The notes below the pieces were generated by a model. The model did no database searches and had not been told where the DNA came from. It saw only the letters and a program-made list of their open reading frames with translations. A stretch of 64,000 bases of DNA from Deltaproteobacteria bacterium (GTDB taxonomy: Bacteria > Desulfobacterota > Desulfobulbia > Desulfobulbales > Desulfurivibrionaceae), in the NCBI GenBank assembly GCA_021847425.1, contig JAJZRF010000005.1, positions 13 to 64,012 of the forward strand, in the 5' to 3' direction. Positions 9,765 through 18,719 of this stretch are shown here, in pieces. A program made the translations under genes and the position numbers. The number at the start of each line of letters is the position of its first letter. The first letter of the stretch is position 1.

Positions 9765-10388
9765 ATGGCATCACAACCAGAGCAATCATCAGCAGACGTT
9801 TTTAAAAAAGAAACCGTGCTGCTCATCGGCCTCTGCTGCCTGATCATCGGCTTTCTCTCCGGAATCGTCTTCACTGTCTACAAAACCCCGGCTGGCGTGG
9901 GAGCGGCCAAGGTTGCCACGGACCAACAGGCAGCCCAGTCCGGAAAACTCGACGCCGAACAGACCCAGCATCTGTTGCAGCTTGAACTCGAGGTGCAGAA
10001 AAACCCTCAAAACGTCGAGGCCTGGACCAACCTTGGACATCTCTACTATGACTCCGACCAGGTGGAAAAGGCCATCACCGCCTACAACAAATCCCTGGCC
10101 CTGGCCCCGGATAATGCCGATGTGCTCACCGACCTCGGGGTCATGTACCGGCGGGCGGGCAATCCACGGCAGGCCATCGCTTCCTTCGATCGTGCCATCC
10201 AGGTAAACGCCAAGCATGAAACAGCCCGGTTCAACAAGGGGATTGTTTTGCTCTATGACCTTAAGGATCAGGCTGGAGCCATTGCCGCCTGGCAGGGGCT
10301 GGTCAGCTTAAACCCAATGGCCACGGCGCCCAATGGCCAATTGGTCAGCGAAATAATTAAGGAAATACAGAGCAAAAAAATAAACTGA
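9765..10388 (+). CDS. Membrane-anchored tetratricopeptide repeat protein
   Basis: AAGGAG RBS; N-terminal TM helix; TPR repeats (NPQNVEAWTNLGHLYYD, PDNADVLTDLGVMYRR, ARFNKGIV). Confidence 0.85.
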   Translation: MASQPEQSSADVFKKETVLLIGLCCLIIGFLSGIVFTVYKTPAGVGAAKVATDQQAAQSGKLDAEQTQHLLQLELEVQKNPQNVEAWTNLGHLYYDSDQVEKAITAYNKSLALAPDNADVLTDLGVMYRRAGNPRQAIASFDRAIQVNAKHETARFNKGIVLLYDLKDQAGAIAAWQGLVSLNPMATAPNGQLVSEIIKEIQSKKIN

Positions 10389-10434
10389 CCGGCTTTTTTT
10401 CGGGAGGTTTGGCCGGTACTTTGGAAAATTTTCT

Positions 10435-10466
10435 TTGACATCAACGTGTTACAGGAATATCCTGTA
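10435..10466 (+). promoter_or_regulatory. sigma70-like promoter with an overlapping palindromic operator
   Basis: TTGACA-N17-TATCCT; TACAGGA-ata-TCCTGTA palindrome covers the -10. Confidence 0.55.
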
Positions 10467-10505
10467 CAATGAATTTATGAGGAGGACAGGGCTGCATTAA
10501 ACGGC

Positions 10506-10973
10506 ATGGGGGGAGAGACCCCGGGGCGAATCTGTATGGGTCGAGAACACCGACGAGCAAAACGATTCAACGTCAGCATGGCGGTCTCGCTCATTCTGCA
10601 CGATACGAAAAACAGGCTGGTTCTTGCCGACCCTGTGCCAGGAAAATTGGTGGACATCTCGTTTTACGGAGCCCGGCTGTCCGTCCCCCACATCCGGACC
10701 GGCAACTATCATCTTTTCTATGCCTGCAAGGATGACCTGGACAAGATCATTGAGCTTGAGGCAATAGACAGGGAAAAGGGAGACAGGCTTGTCATTCCCG
10801 CCCATCCTGTCTGGTTCGACCACGTTCTTTCCGCCCCGGACAAGCACTTTGAACTTGGAATGGAATTTCTTGTCCCCCCCGAAGACCCCAACATTACAAG
10901 GCTGCGCGCTTTCCTTGCCGTACAGCCCTCATTGAACAACGGCTGGCTGAAACGGCTTTTCCGGCTTGGTTAG
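10506..10973 (+). CDS. PilZ domain protein (c-di-GMP receptor)
   Basis: RxxxR (EHRRAKRF) and DxSxxG (DISFYGA) motifs, GMEF end motif; start may be 10536. Confidence 0.85.
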   Translation: MGGETPGRICMGREHRRAKRFNVSMAVSLILHDTKNRLVLADPVPGKLVDISFYGARLSVPHIRTGNYHLFYACKDDLDKIIELEAIDREKGDRLVIPAHPVWFDHVLSAPDKHFELGMEFLVPPEDPNITRLRAFLAVQPSLNNGWLKRLFRLG

Positions 10974-11311
10974 GCCATGGATTTCCGCAGATTACGGATC
11001 TCGGAAAATCTCTGCCGCAGCCCCTCTACCTCGGGAGCCGTGTCCAGCCACTGATCGACAAGGGCGAGCATGGTCCGGGCCTGTTCCCGGCACTCACCGT
11101 TCAGCCGATAGATGATCCAGTTGCCCTCCTTGCGAAAGGAAACAAGCCCGGCATCCTCAAGAATACGAAGATGCTTGGATACCGTGGGCTGGGCCACGCC
11201 AAGGAGAAAAGTCAGCTCGCAGACGCACAGCTCCCGCACTCCCAGCATCGTAATGATCTTGACCCGGTTCGGGTCGGACAGCGCCTTCATCAGCCGAACA
11301 AATTCCTGCAT
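10970..11311 (-). CDS. ArsR/SmtB-family transcriptional regulator
   Basis: KALSDPNRVKI...ELCVCEL...QPTVSKHLRILEDAGLV...GNWIIYRL. Confidence 0.93.
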   Translation of the reverse strand: MQEFVRLMKALSDPNRVKIITMLGVRELCVCELTFLLGVAQPTVSKHLRILEDAGLVSFRKEGNWIIYRLNGECREQARTMLALVDQWLDTAPEVEGLRQRFSEIRNLRKSMA

Positions 11312-11406
11312 GGATATCCCCATATCAATAGCCGGCAATACCGCCTTGGTTAAGAGCCATAATGAAATAACCGCGTTCTTGCCAATACCGTTAACCCTGT
11401 TCGTGA

Positions 11407-14400
11407 CTATGGCTTCTTTTCAGGCTCCGGGGCCGCATCGGGTAAGATTGGGGAAAGAATGTTAAATGGCAGAAGCAGTGTTCTTTTGACGATATTCAGC
11501 AGGCCCTCGCCCACCGCGCCGGGAGGCAGGAGAGTGACCTGAGGGTCGCTTGCCTTGCCGGTGACTCCAACCGGGAAGGTGACAAGGGTGGCGGTGTCCC
11601 CGCCAATGATCCTGCCCAGCAGCGGCACCTTGCTGACAATGGCGTCAAGGGTTTTGAACGGGGAGATCATGACCACGACGTCCAGATCAAAGGTGCTGAG
11701 ATTCATCTTGCCCCTGGCAAACAGATTTAGCCCTTGCCCGCGCACCACCGCCTCGTCGATGATCAGTTCGTTGTCCTTCACATGGGCCTTGAAAAGAAGA
11801 TCCGTGTAAGGGAATCCCTTGGTGGACGGTGCGGCGCCGTCTCCGCCCTGGCTCGCGCTGAAAAGATCCGTGATGTTGACCACGCTGAAAATTTTTGAAA
11901 GAAGCTTCATGCGCAGAATCCGTCCGTGGTGGGAGTCGATCTGCAGATGCCCGTCCTTCCAGTTGTCCAACATCCCATCCAACTGACCATTGAGGGAGAA
12001 TTCCCCTTCAATGATGTCCTGAGGGTAACCAAGACAGGGCAGGACCGTCTCAAACCGGGGCGGGGTGGTACAGGCGCTCTTTAAGGAAAAATGGCTTTTG
12101 CCAAGCTCCGGGGTGGAGAACCATTCGCCGGTGGTATCCAGACAGCAGAGACGGCCATTGGTTATGAGCGCGGACAACTTCCACTGGGGATGAATCCTGA
12201 TTTCTCCCTGCAACGGTTGCCACGCCAAGGTGGAAATAGCATTGTTTTCCCCGGTCTTGTGACTGGAAGTGAACTCGGCCACATCAAAGGCCACGGTCCC
12301 GGTAATATTCCAGGGAGATGTCTCGGAGGGCTTATTGCCGTTGTCCTTGATCCGTTTCAGCGTTTCTTTGAAATCGAGCAGTGTTTTCTTGGAAAGCGCC
12401 GGAGAGGTGAGGCCAAGCTTCACCGCAAGGCCGTTGGCAACCCGGGAAACCAGCCCGTTGATCACCACGGATTCCCTGTCGTTAAAGGCGCAGGCCAGGC
12501 GTGTTACCTTGAGATCCTTGCCGATCCCCACAAGGCGAAGCTCCTGAATATCAATAAAGCGTTGCGCCTCCTGATCCAGGAACCAGCGCAGATCTTTCGC
12601 CTCAAGTTGTCCTGTAAAGGCAACCTTGTTGGGGTCATGGGGCAGATAGAGCTGAAAATCTCCGGCGATCTTGCCCCGCAGCAGGTCTTTGCGATCCAAC
12701 AGCTGGTCAACGGTATTTTTGGATAATGCCCCCTTCCAGGAGAAGAGAAAGGCCTCCCTGGTTTTGTCCAGAAAATCCAGGGAAATCGTGGCATTCTCCT
12801 TGCCGCCGTAAACATGCACCGACATTTTAAGCGGGTCATCCTTGGTGAATTCCAGGGAAAAATCAGCCTTTGGAGCGTTGAACAGAGGGCCATCCGGTCG
12901 GATCAGCCCCTTGGCATACGTTTTTCCTTCCTGCAGATCGATCTGCAATGATTCCACCTGGAAAGGAAGATGCGGAAAAAGGGCTGGAGAAATAAGATGC
13001 CGGTTCTTGAGCCATTGCCCCAAGCCCTGTCCGACCTTTCCTTGCAGGAATATCTTGCCGCGTAGCGCGGCAAAGGCCTGGTGGGTCAGGGAAGCGCCCA
13101 TGGTGAACGAGTCGCCGAAAATGGAGCCCGTGACCTCGGAAGCCGTGATTGCCTTGTCCGAGACATGGGCCTTTCCCTGTTTTATCTGGATCGGTTCCGG
13201 CAAAAATGGCGTTTCCACGGCAAGATTCTGCACAATAACGTCTGCCTCCGCCTGCCACAGTTTAGGCTCCGAAGCCTTCCCTGAAATCGTCGTATTGCGC
13301 AATTCTATCCTGCCGTCCGCCCGGGTAATATATTCGTGCAGACCACCGGTTATTTCCTTGAAATAGGCAAGATTTTCTTTTTCCAGCTCCTTTGCGGCCA
13401 ACACTGCATCAAGTTGGGTTACATCAAGAAGAATGTCGTCGGCCCAACGCACCTGCCCGGTTGTTTTTTTCACCACATGGGGGCCGTAGGCGCCATGCAC
13501 GTTCCGCCATTGCACCAGGGGAGGGGCAATCGTCATCTCTCCCCCATCAACGGTGAAATCCCAAGCCAGTGGCGCGTAGTGCCCCTTGCCCTGCATGCTG
13601 GCAACTTCAAGGGCGACCTTGAAATCATGCAGATGGTCGCCCAGATGAAGATGGCCCTTCGCCCGGCCGGAAACCCCGCTGAACTTGGCCAGTTCCGCGA
13701 GAAAAGGCTGGTGTTCGATGACCCGCCCCAGAACCCCTGGCAGTTCGGCCAGATCGGCGTCAAGATCAACGTCCAGCTTGAAGGTGAAATCATCGTCCGG
13801 CAGCCCCAGAATCAGGTGGCCGTTCTTGCCCCGGCTATTGCCCATTCGGGCCTCGTCGGCATCCACGATAAGAAGGCCTTTTTCGATCCGCATCCTGCCC
13901 TTGGCGTTGGTCAGAACCAGCCCTCCCGCCGGGATCTTGATCGAGGCGTCAATTGCCTCGGCGGTGAGGTGCATGTTTCGCGTGTACCTGAGATCGGCCT
14001 CTGTGCCATGAAAACTGTAACTGGCCTTGCCGGCCGTACCACTTTGCACGATTTCCGTTATTTTTTTAACAATCTCGTTCTCTCCCCAGGTGGAGAGAAC
14101 AGCGGCGCGGATTCCGGTCAGATCAAGATCCTTGCCCTTGAGATCGATTTGCCACACCGGCGCCGGGTTCGCCTTGCTTCCGGCGGAACGTCGGATCGTG
14201 CCGGTAAGCTTCAACCCCGGTTCATGCATTTCAAATTCATTGAGAGTCAACAGCAGGTCGTCTCCATTTTTGGCAAAGGCCAGATCGACAACCCCGCAGT
14301 TCAGCGGAATCTTTTTATCCTTGGGGTAAACGAGCAGACAGGGGGAGTCGCCAACAATTTTGCCGGTGATTTTTTCAAACCCGCGCCCTGTAAAACTGCC

Positions 14401-15120
14401 TGTAAGATTGAGCGGGGTATCGGATGGCGCCAGTTTTCCCTGGGCAAAGGAATGGAATACTTTCTGCAAATTGAAGTTGCGGCAGGCAAATTTCATGCGG
14501 TAGGATCCATCCTCCCGCAGATAGTTGCCGGATACGGCAAGATGCGCCTCCTCCTGGGGTTTGCCGAAAAAGTCAAAATCAATGGCGGCAAGGCCTACAG
14601 ACATGCTGCCGTTCAGGTCTTTCAGGGAGAAATCCTTACTGTGCAGCTCGGGCCATTGACTGTTGGCGTCAACCTGCAATATGCCCTTGCGGATCACAAC
14701 TTTCAGCCCGGCAAGTTCAGGATCGGGGGGTTCGGCCAGCGAGGCCGGAAACCGTTTCACCCGGATCTCCGGGTTGATCAGAACAACCGTGCCGATCCGA
14801 ACCTGGCCGTGAAACAGAGCCCACCAGTCCGGATATACCTTGACCATGGGCGCAACCAGCCCAGTATCCTCGCCGGCAAAACGGGTGTTGCGCAGGTCCA
14901 GATGGGGCAAGGGCAGCCAGGCCCATTCCAAGCGACCGGTTTGCAGGGCGCCTTCCAGTCTGGCGTTTACCTGGGTGCTCATCCGCACCTTGAGCGCGTC
15001 AAGATCAATGAATCTCGGAAGCAGCAAGATCGGGCCGAGAATCCCCAGGAGAAGAAATATGGCACAGGCAAGGATGATCCGGGTTCTGATCCGCAGGCTG
15101 GAAATTCGTGGCAAATTCAT
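11407..15120 (-). CDS. AsmA-like/YhdP-type envelope bridge protein
   Basis: 1237 aa, N-terminal TM anchor, beta-rich body, AsmA-like C-terminus (PFKTLDAIVSKVPLLGRIIGG...V.G...DPQV). Confidence 0.75.
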   Translation of the reverse strand: MNLPRISSLRIRTRIILACAIFLLLGILGPILLLPRFIDLDALKVRMSTQVNARLEGALQTGRLEWAWLPLPHLDLRNTRFAGEDTGLVAPMVKVYPDWWALFHGQVRIGTVVLINPEIRVKRFPASLAEPPDPELAGLKVVIRKGILQVDANSQWPELHSKDFSLKDLNGSMSVGLAAIDFDFFGKPQEEAHLAVSGNYLREDGSYRMKFACRNFNLQKVFHSFAQGKLAPSDTPLNLTGSFTGRGFEKITGKIVGDSPCLLVYPKDKKIPLNCGVVDLAFAKNGDDLLLTLNEFEMHEPGLKLTGTIRRSAGSKANPAPVWQIDLKGKDLDLTGIRAAVLSTWGENEIVKKITEIVQSGTAGKASYSFHGTEADLRYTRNMHLTAEAIDASIKIPAGGLVLTNAKGRMRIEKGLLIVDADEARMGNSRGKNGHLILGLPDDDFTFKLDVDLDADLAELPGVLGRVIEHQPFLAELAKFSGVSGRAKGHLHLGDHLHDFKVALEVASMQGKGHYAPLAWDFTVDGGEMTIAPPLVQWRNVHGAYGPHVVKKTTGQVRWADDILLDVTQLDAVLAAKELEKENLAYFKEITGGLHEYITRADGRIELRNTTISGKASEPKLWQAEADVIVQNLAVETPFLPEPIQIKQGKAHVSDKAITASEVTGSIFGDSFTMGASLTHQAFAALRGKIFLQGKVGQGLGQWLKNRHLISPALFPHLPFQVESLQIDLQEGKTYAKGLIRPDGPLFNAPKADFSLEFTKDDPLKMSVHVYGGKENATISLDFLDKTREAFLFSWKGALSKNTVDQLLDRKDLLRGKIAGDFQLYLPHDPNKVAFTGQLEAKDLRWFLDQEAQRFIDIQELRLVGIGKDLKVTRLACAFNDRESVVINGLVSRVANGLAVKLGLTSPALSKKTLLDFKETLKRIKDNGNKPSETSPWNITGTVAFDVAEFTSSHKTGENNAISTLAWQPLQGEIRIHPQWKLSALITNGRLCCLDTTGEWFSTPELGKSHFSLKSACTTPPRFETVLPCLGYPQDIIEGEFSLNGQLDGMLDNWKDGHLQIDSHHGRILRMKLLSKIFSVVNITDLFSASQGGDGAAPSTKGFPYTDLLFKAHVKDNELIIDEAVVRGQGLNLFARGKMNLSTFDLDVVVMISPFKTLDAIVSKVPLLGRIIGGDTATLVTFPVGVTGKASDPQVTLLPPGAVGEGLLNIVKRTLLLPFNILSPILPDAAPEPEKKP

Positions 15121-15304
15121 AGGGTATCGAGGGCTGGGCCGCTGGCGGCCGACATATGGCTTGGACCGGATGCGAACTGAAATAAAAAAACACGCATGAC
15201 AACTCGCAAAAATATCAGAAAGGATAGTAGCACAACTTGTTGTCTCTATAAATTGATTTCCTCGGATCTGCCAAAGTATATTGTCAGGCGCAAGGCTAAA
15301 GAAA

Positions 15305-15380
15305 AGGTAAAAGGTAAAAGGCTAAAGGCTAAAGGAGCAATGCCTCGCACCTTTGGCCTTTAGCCTTTTACCTCTCACCT
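15305..15380. repeat. Inverted arrays of 7-nt tandem repeats (AGGTAAA/AGGCTAA) forming a 31-bp stem
   Basis: Left arm 15305-15335 versus right arm 15350-15380: 28 of 31 positions complementary, 14-nt loop. Confidence 0.8.
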
Positions 15381-15454
15381 GTCTTTTACCTTGTCAGTTC
15401 CCGCGCAATGGCGTAATTTCACAGGAAATTCAAGCTCACAGGAAAATGGAGAAT

Positions 15455-16423
15455 ATGGCCAAAACACGCATCGGGGTAATCGGGGTAGGATATCTCGGCA
15501 AGTTTCATGCCCAAAAATACATGGCAAACCCGGAGGTGGAACTGGTGGGGGTGGCGGATCTCAACCCGGCCTACGCCGCCGAGGTTGCCCATGCCTGCAA
15601 TACCACCCCTTTCAGTGATTACCGGGAACTGCTCGACCAGGTCGATGCGGTGAGCGTGGTGGTGCCCACCAGCCTGCACCACGAGGTTGCTTCTGTCTGT
15701 CTGCTGGCCGGAAAGGATGTCATGCTGGAAAAGCCCATGACCACCACCCTGGCCGAGGCGGATGCGCTTATTGCCTTGGCCGGCCAGGGGCAGCGCATCC
15801 TGCAGGTCGGCCACATCGAGCGATACAACCCGGCGGTGCTGGCCATGGCCGAACACCTCACCCAGCCGCTCTTTATCGAATCGCATCGGATCCATGTCTT
15901 CAAGCCACGGGGCCTTGATGTTGATGTGGTGCTCGACCTGATGATCCACGACATCGACATTATCCTGAGTCTGGTCAAATCGCCCATTGCCTCCATGCAC
16001 GCAGTGGGCATGCCGGTTTTCACCAAGACCACCGACATCGCCAATGTCCGGCTGATCTTTGCAAACGGCTGCACCGCCAATCTCACGGTGAGCCGCATTT
16101 CCCGGGAGAATATCCGTAGGCTCCGTGTTTTTCAGCCCAATTCCTTCCTGGCGGTTGATTACGGCAAAAAGGAGCTCACCGTGATCAAGCCCACCAAGGA
16201 GCTGGACGCGAACGGCATGCCCCAAGAGGAGATCACCTCTTCCTGCTACCTGCCCCAGGACGCCTTGGAAATGGAGCTCTCGGATTTTGTCAAAAATGTC
16301 CGCAACCGCACCCAAGCAAAGGTTTCCGGCAGGGAAGGGCGGCTGGCCCTGGCCGTGGCCCAGGAAATCATGGCCCGGATCAAGGCACATGCCGATACCC
16401 ATTGCCAACTGTTCAATGGCTGA
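15455..16423 (+). CDS. Gfo/Idh/MocA oxidoreductase, GnnA-like UDP-GlcNAc 3-dehydrogenase
   Basis: GVIGVGYLGKFHA, LEKPM, QVGHIERYNPA, DVVLDLMIHDID; overlaps the lpxB start. Confidence 0.8.
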   Translation: MAKTRIGVIGVGYLGKFHAQKYMANPEVELVGVADLNPAYAAEVAHACNTTPFSDYRELLDQVDAVSVVVPTSLHHEVASVCLLAGKDVMLEKPMTTTLAEADALIALAGQGQRILQVGHIERYNPAVLAMAEHLTQPLFIESHRIHVFKPRGLDVDVVLDLMIHDIDIILSLVKSPIASMHAVGMPVFTKTTDIANVRLIFANGCTANLTVSRISRENIRRLRVFQPNSFLAVDYGKKELTVIKPTKELDANGMPQEEITSSCYLPQDALEMELSDFVKNVRNRTQAKVSGREGRLALAVAQEIMARIKAHADTHCQLFNG

Positions 16424-17594
16424 GACCAGCAAACCCATGCCATCTTTGAACACCCCCCGGATTATGATCGTGGCCGGCGAGGCTTCCGGCGACATGCACG
16501 GGGCAAAGCTCATCGCCGCCCTCAAGGGACAAGCCCCCGAAGCGCGGATCTGCGGCATCGGCGGATCGGAACTGGCGCGCCAGGGCGTGGAAATCCTGTA
16601 CGATGCCTCCCAGCTTGCCGTGGTGGGCATCGTTGAGGTCATCAGCCATTTCCGTTTTATTCGTGAAGCCATGCGCGCCCTTGAAAAACGGCTCAAGGAA
16701 CAGCCCCCCGGCCTGTTGATCCTCATCGACTATCCCGACTTCAACCTGATCCTGGCCAAAAAGGCCAAACGGCTCGGCATCCCGATTTTTTACTACATCA
16801 GCCCGCAGGTTTGGGCCTGGCGCAGCGGCCGGGTGAAAACCATCAAAAAACTGGTGGATCGCATGGGCGTGATCCTGCCCTTTGAGCAGGATTTTTACCG
16901 GAAATTCGGGATGGCGGTGGATTTTGTCGGCCACCCTCTCATGGATGCGGTGCAAACCACCAGGACGCGGGAGGATTTTCTGCAGTCCCTTGGCATTGCT
17001 CCGGAAAGCACGGTGATCGGCATTCTGCCCGGCAGCCGGAAACGGGAAATAGCCGGGATGCTCCCGGTATTCCTGGCGGCGGCAAAACGGCTGCAGGAGC
17101 AATTGGTCAAGCCGGTTTTTCTCCTGCCCCTGGCCCCCACCCTGAGCGAGGATGATCTTCTGGCCAACGGCCTGGCGGACGCGGGGGTCGAGGTGCGGGT
17201 GGTCAGGGAGAACCGCTATGATCTCATGGGTGCCTGCGGCGCGGTAATGGCGGCTTCGGGCACGGTTTCCCTGGAACTGGCCATTCTGAATGTGCCCATG
17301 GTTATTTCCTACCGGGTTGCGCCGCTCACCTATTTTCTGGGGCGCCGCCTGATCAAGGTCCAATACGCCTCCCTGGTCAATCTGGTGGCCGGGCGTGAAG
17401 TGGTGCCGGAGCTGCTTCAGGACCAGGCGACCCCGGAGCGGATTGCCGGGGCAGTCTTAAGCCTGCTCACGGACCCCGGCCGCCGGGCTCGCATGCTGGC
17501 AGGTCTGGCCGAAGTCCGGGAACAGCTGGGCGGGCCAGGGGCCTCGGCCCGGGCCGCGCGCTTGGCCTTGGACCTGGCACGGGGCAGAAGCTGA
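16416..17594 (+). CDS. lpxB: Lipid-A-disaccharide synthase
   Basis: VAGEASGDMHGA, IDYPDFN, YISPQVWAWR, ILPFE, FVGHPL, LPGSRKRE, SGTVSLE. Confidence 0.97.
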   Translation: MAETSKPMPSLNTPRIMIVAGEASGDMHGAKLIAALKGQAPEARICGIGGSELARQGVEILYDASQLAVVGIVEVISHFRFIREAMRALEKRLKEQPPGLLILIDYPDFNLILAKKAKRLGIPIFYYISPQVWAWRSGRVKTIKKLVDRMGVILPFEQDFYRKFGMAVDFVGHPLMDAVQTTRTREDFLQSLGIAPESTVIGILPGSRKREIAGMLPVFLAAAKRLQEQLVKPVFLLPLAPTLSEDDLLANGLADAGVEVRVVRENRYDLMGACGAVMAASGTVSLELAILNVPMVISYRVAPLTYFLGRRLIKVQYASLVNLVAGREVVPELLQDQATPERIAGAVLSLLTDPGRRARMLAGLAEVREQLGGPGASARAARLALDLARGRS

Positions 17595-17595
17595 G

Positions 17596-18258
17596 TTATT
17601 CCCCCTCCTGCGCTCCTTCTCGGAGCAAGCGCATATTTTCTGTCATCGCCTTATCGTAGCAGTGGGGGCAGATACCATGGGTAAAGAGAATGTCGTTATG
17701 CCGGAGCAGATAGACCTCCAGCTCGTGCCAGGCGTTCTTGTCGTCCCGGACCTTCCGGCAGTAAGAGCAGATGGGCAGCAGGCTCTGGAGGTTTTTCAGC
17801 TCCATGGTCCGGGAGCGGACCAGCTCCTCCAGTTCGGCGTTTTTTGCCTCCAAGGCTGAAAACAGGGCCCGGTTCTCCTCCTTGAGCTGATAGCGCTCCA
17901 CCGCATGGATGATGGCGATGCGCAACTCTCCGCTGGCCCAGGGCTTGAGGATGTAACGGTAGACCTGCCCCTGGTTGATGGCGGCCATGATATCCTCCGG
18001 CTCGGAATAGCCGGTGATCATGATCCGTTCCGCATGGGGAGCAATTTCCCTGGCCCGGGCCAGCACCTCGGCCCCGGACAGGCCGGGCATGCGCTGGTCG
18101 GAGAGGATCAGGGCGAGGCCGTCCTCCCGGGCCATGACCTCCAGAGCCTCCTCCCCGGAGGAAGCCAGCAGGATCTCATACTCATCCGCAAAGGTCTGCT
18201 GGAAATTGCTCCGGTTAACCTCCTCGTCGTCGATGAACAGCAGGCGGGGTCGATTCAT
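17596..18258 (-). CDS. Response regulator with C-terminal CxxC...CxxC domain
   Basis: REC domain (IDDE, SDQRMP, YILKPW), coiled coil, then LPICSYCRKVRDD...THGICPHC. Confidence 0.88.
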   Translation of the reverse strand: MNRPRLLFIDDEEVNRSNFQQTFADEYEILLASSGEEALEVMAREDGLALILSDQRMPGLSGAEVLARAREIAPHAERIMITGYSEPEDIMAAINQGQVYRYILKPWASGELRIAIIHAVERYQLKEENRALFSALEAKNAELEELVRSRTMELKNLQSLLPICSYCRKVRDDKNAWHELEVYLLRHNDILFTHGICPHCYDKAMTENMRLLREGAQEGE

Positions 18259-18719
18259 TCCCTGTCTCCTTCAAGCCTTCGCATGCGCTCCGCCATCTGT
18301 TTTCGCCCTTGTTCGACAAAGGCCTTGATCTCCTGCCCCAGGGCATAGGTCCCCACCGCGTTGCCGATGCTGAGCCGCAGCTGTTCCTCCTTCCAGGGCT
18401 TGACGAAATACCGGTAGACTCCCGCCTTGTTGATGGCCTCGATCAGCTCATGAACCTCGGTATAGGCGCTGATGATCATCCGGATGGTCTCCGGGTATGC
18501 TTCCCTGACCCTGGCCAGGAGTTCGATCCCGCTCATCCCCGGCATCCGCTGGTCGGAGACCACCAGGGCCATTTCCCCCTCCCGCCCGAGAAGGGCCAAC
18601 GCCTCATCCCCGGAAGCGGCGGTGAAGATCTCGAAATCGTCACATAGGGTTTCGCGAAAGTTGATCAGATTGATCTCCTCGTCGTCCACATACAACACCC
18701 GTCCTTTCTTTTTGCTCAT
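18255..18719 (-). CDS. Single-domain response regulator
   Basis: YVDDE, SDQRMPGMSG, YFVKPW. Confidence 0.92.
   Translation of the reverse strand: MSKKKGRVLYVDDEEINLINFRETLCDDFEIFTAASGDEALALLGREGEMALVVSDQRMPGMSGIELLARVREAYPETIRMIISAYTEVHELIEAINKAGVYRYFVKPWKEEQLRLSIGNAVGTYALGQEIKAFVEQGRKQMAERMRRLEGDRE

Noticed and set aside
13336-15180. Long antisense ORFs in the track (e.g. 13336-15180, 31040-32311, 32479-33738, 54355-55665, 4625-5899)
   Set aside because: They are shadows of well-supported genes on the opposite strand, expected in GC-rich DNA, and have no recognisable motifs.
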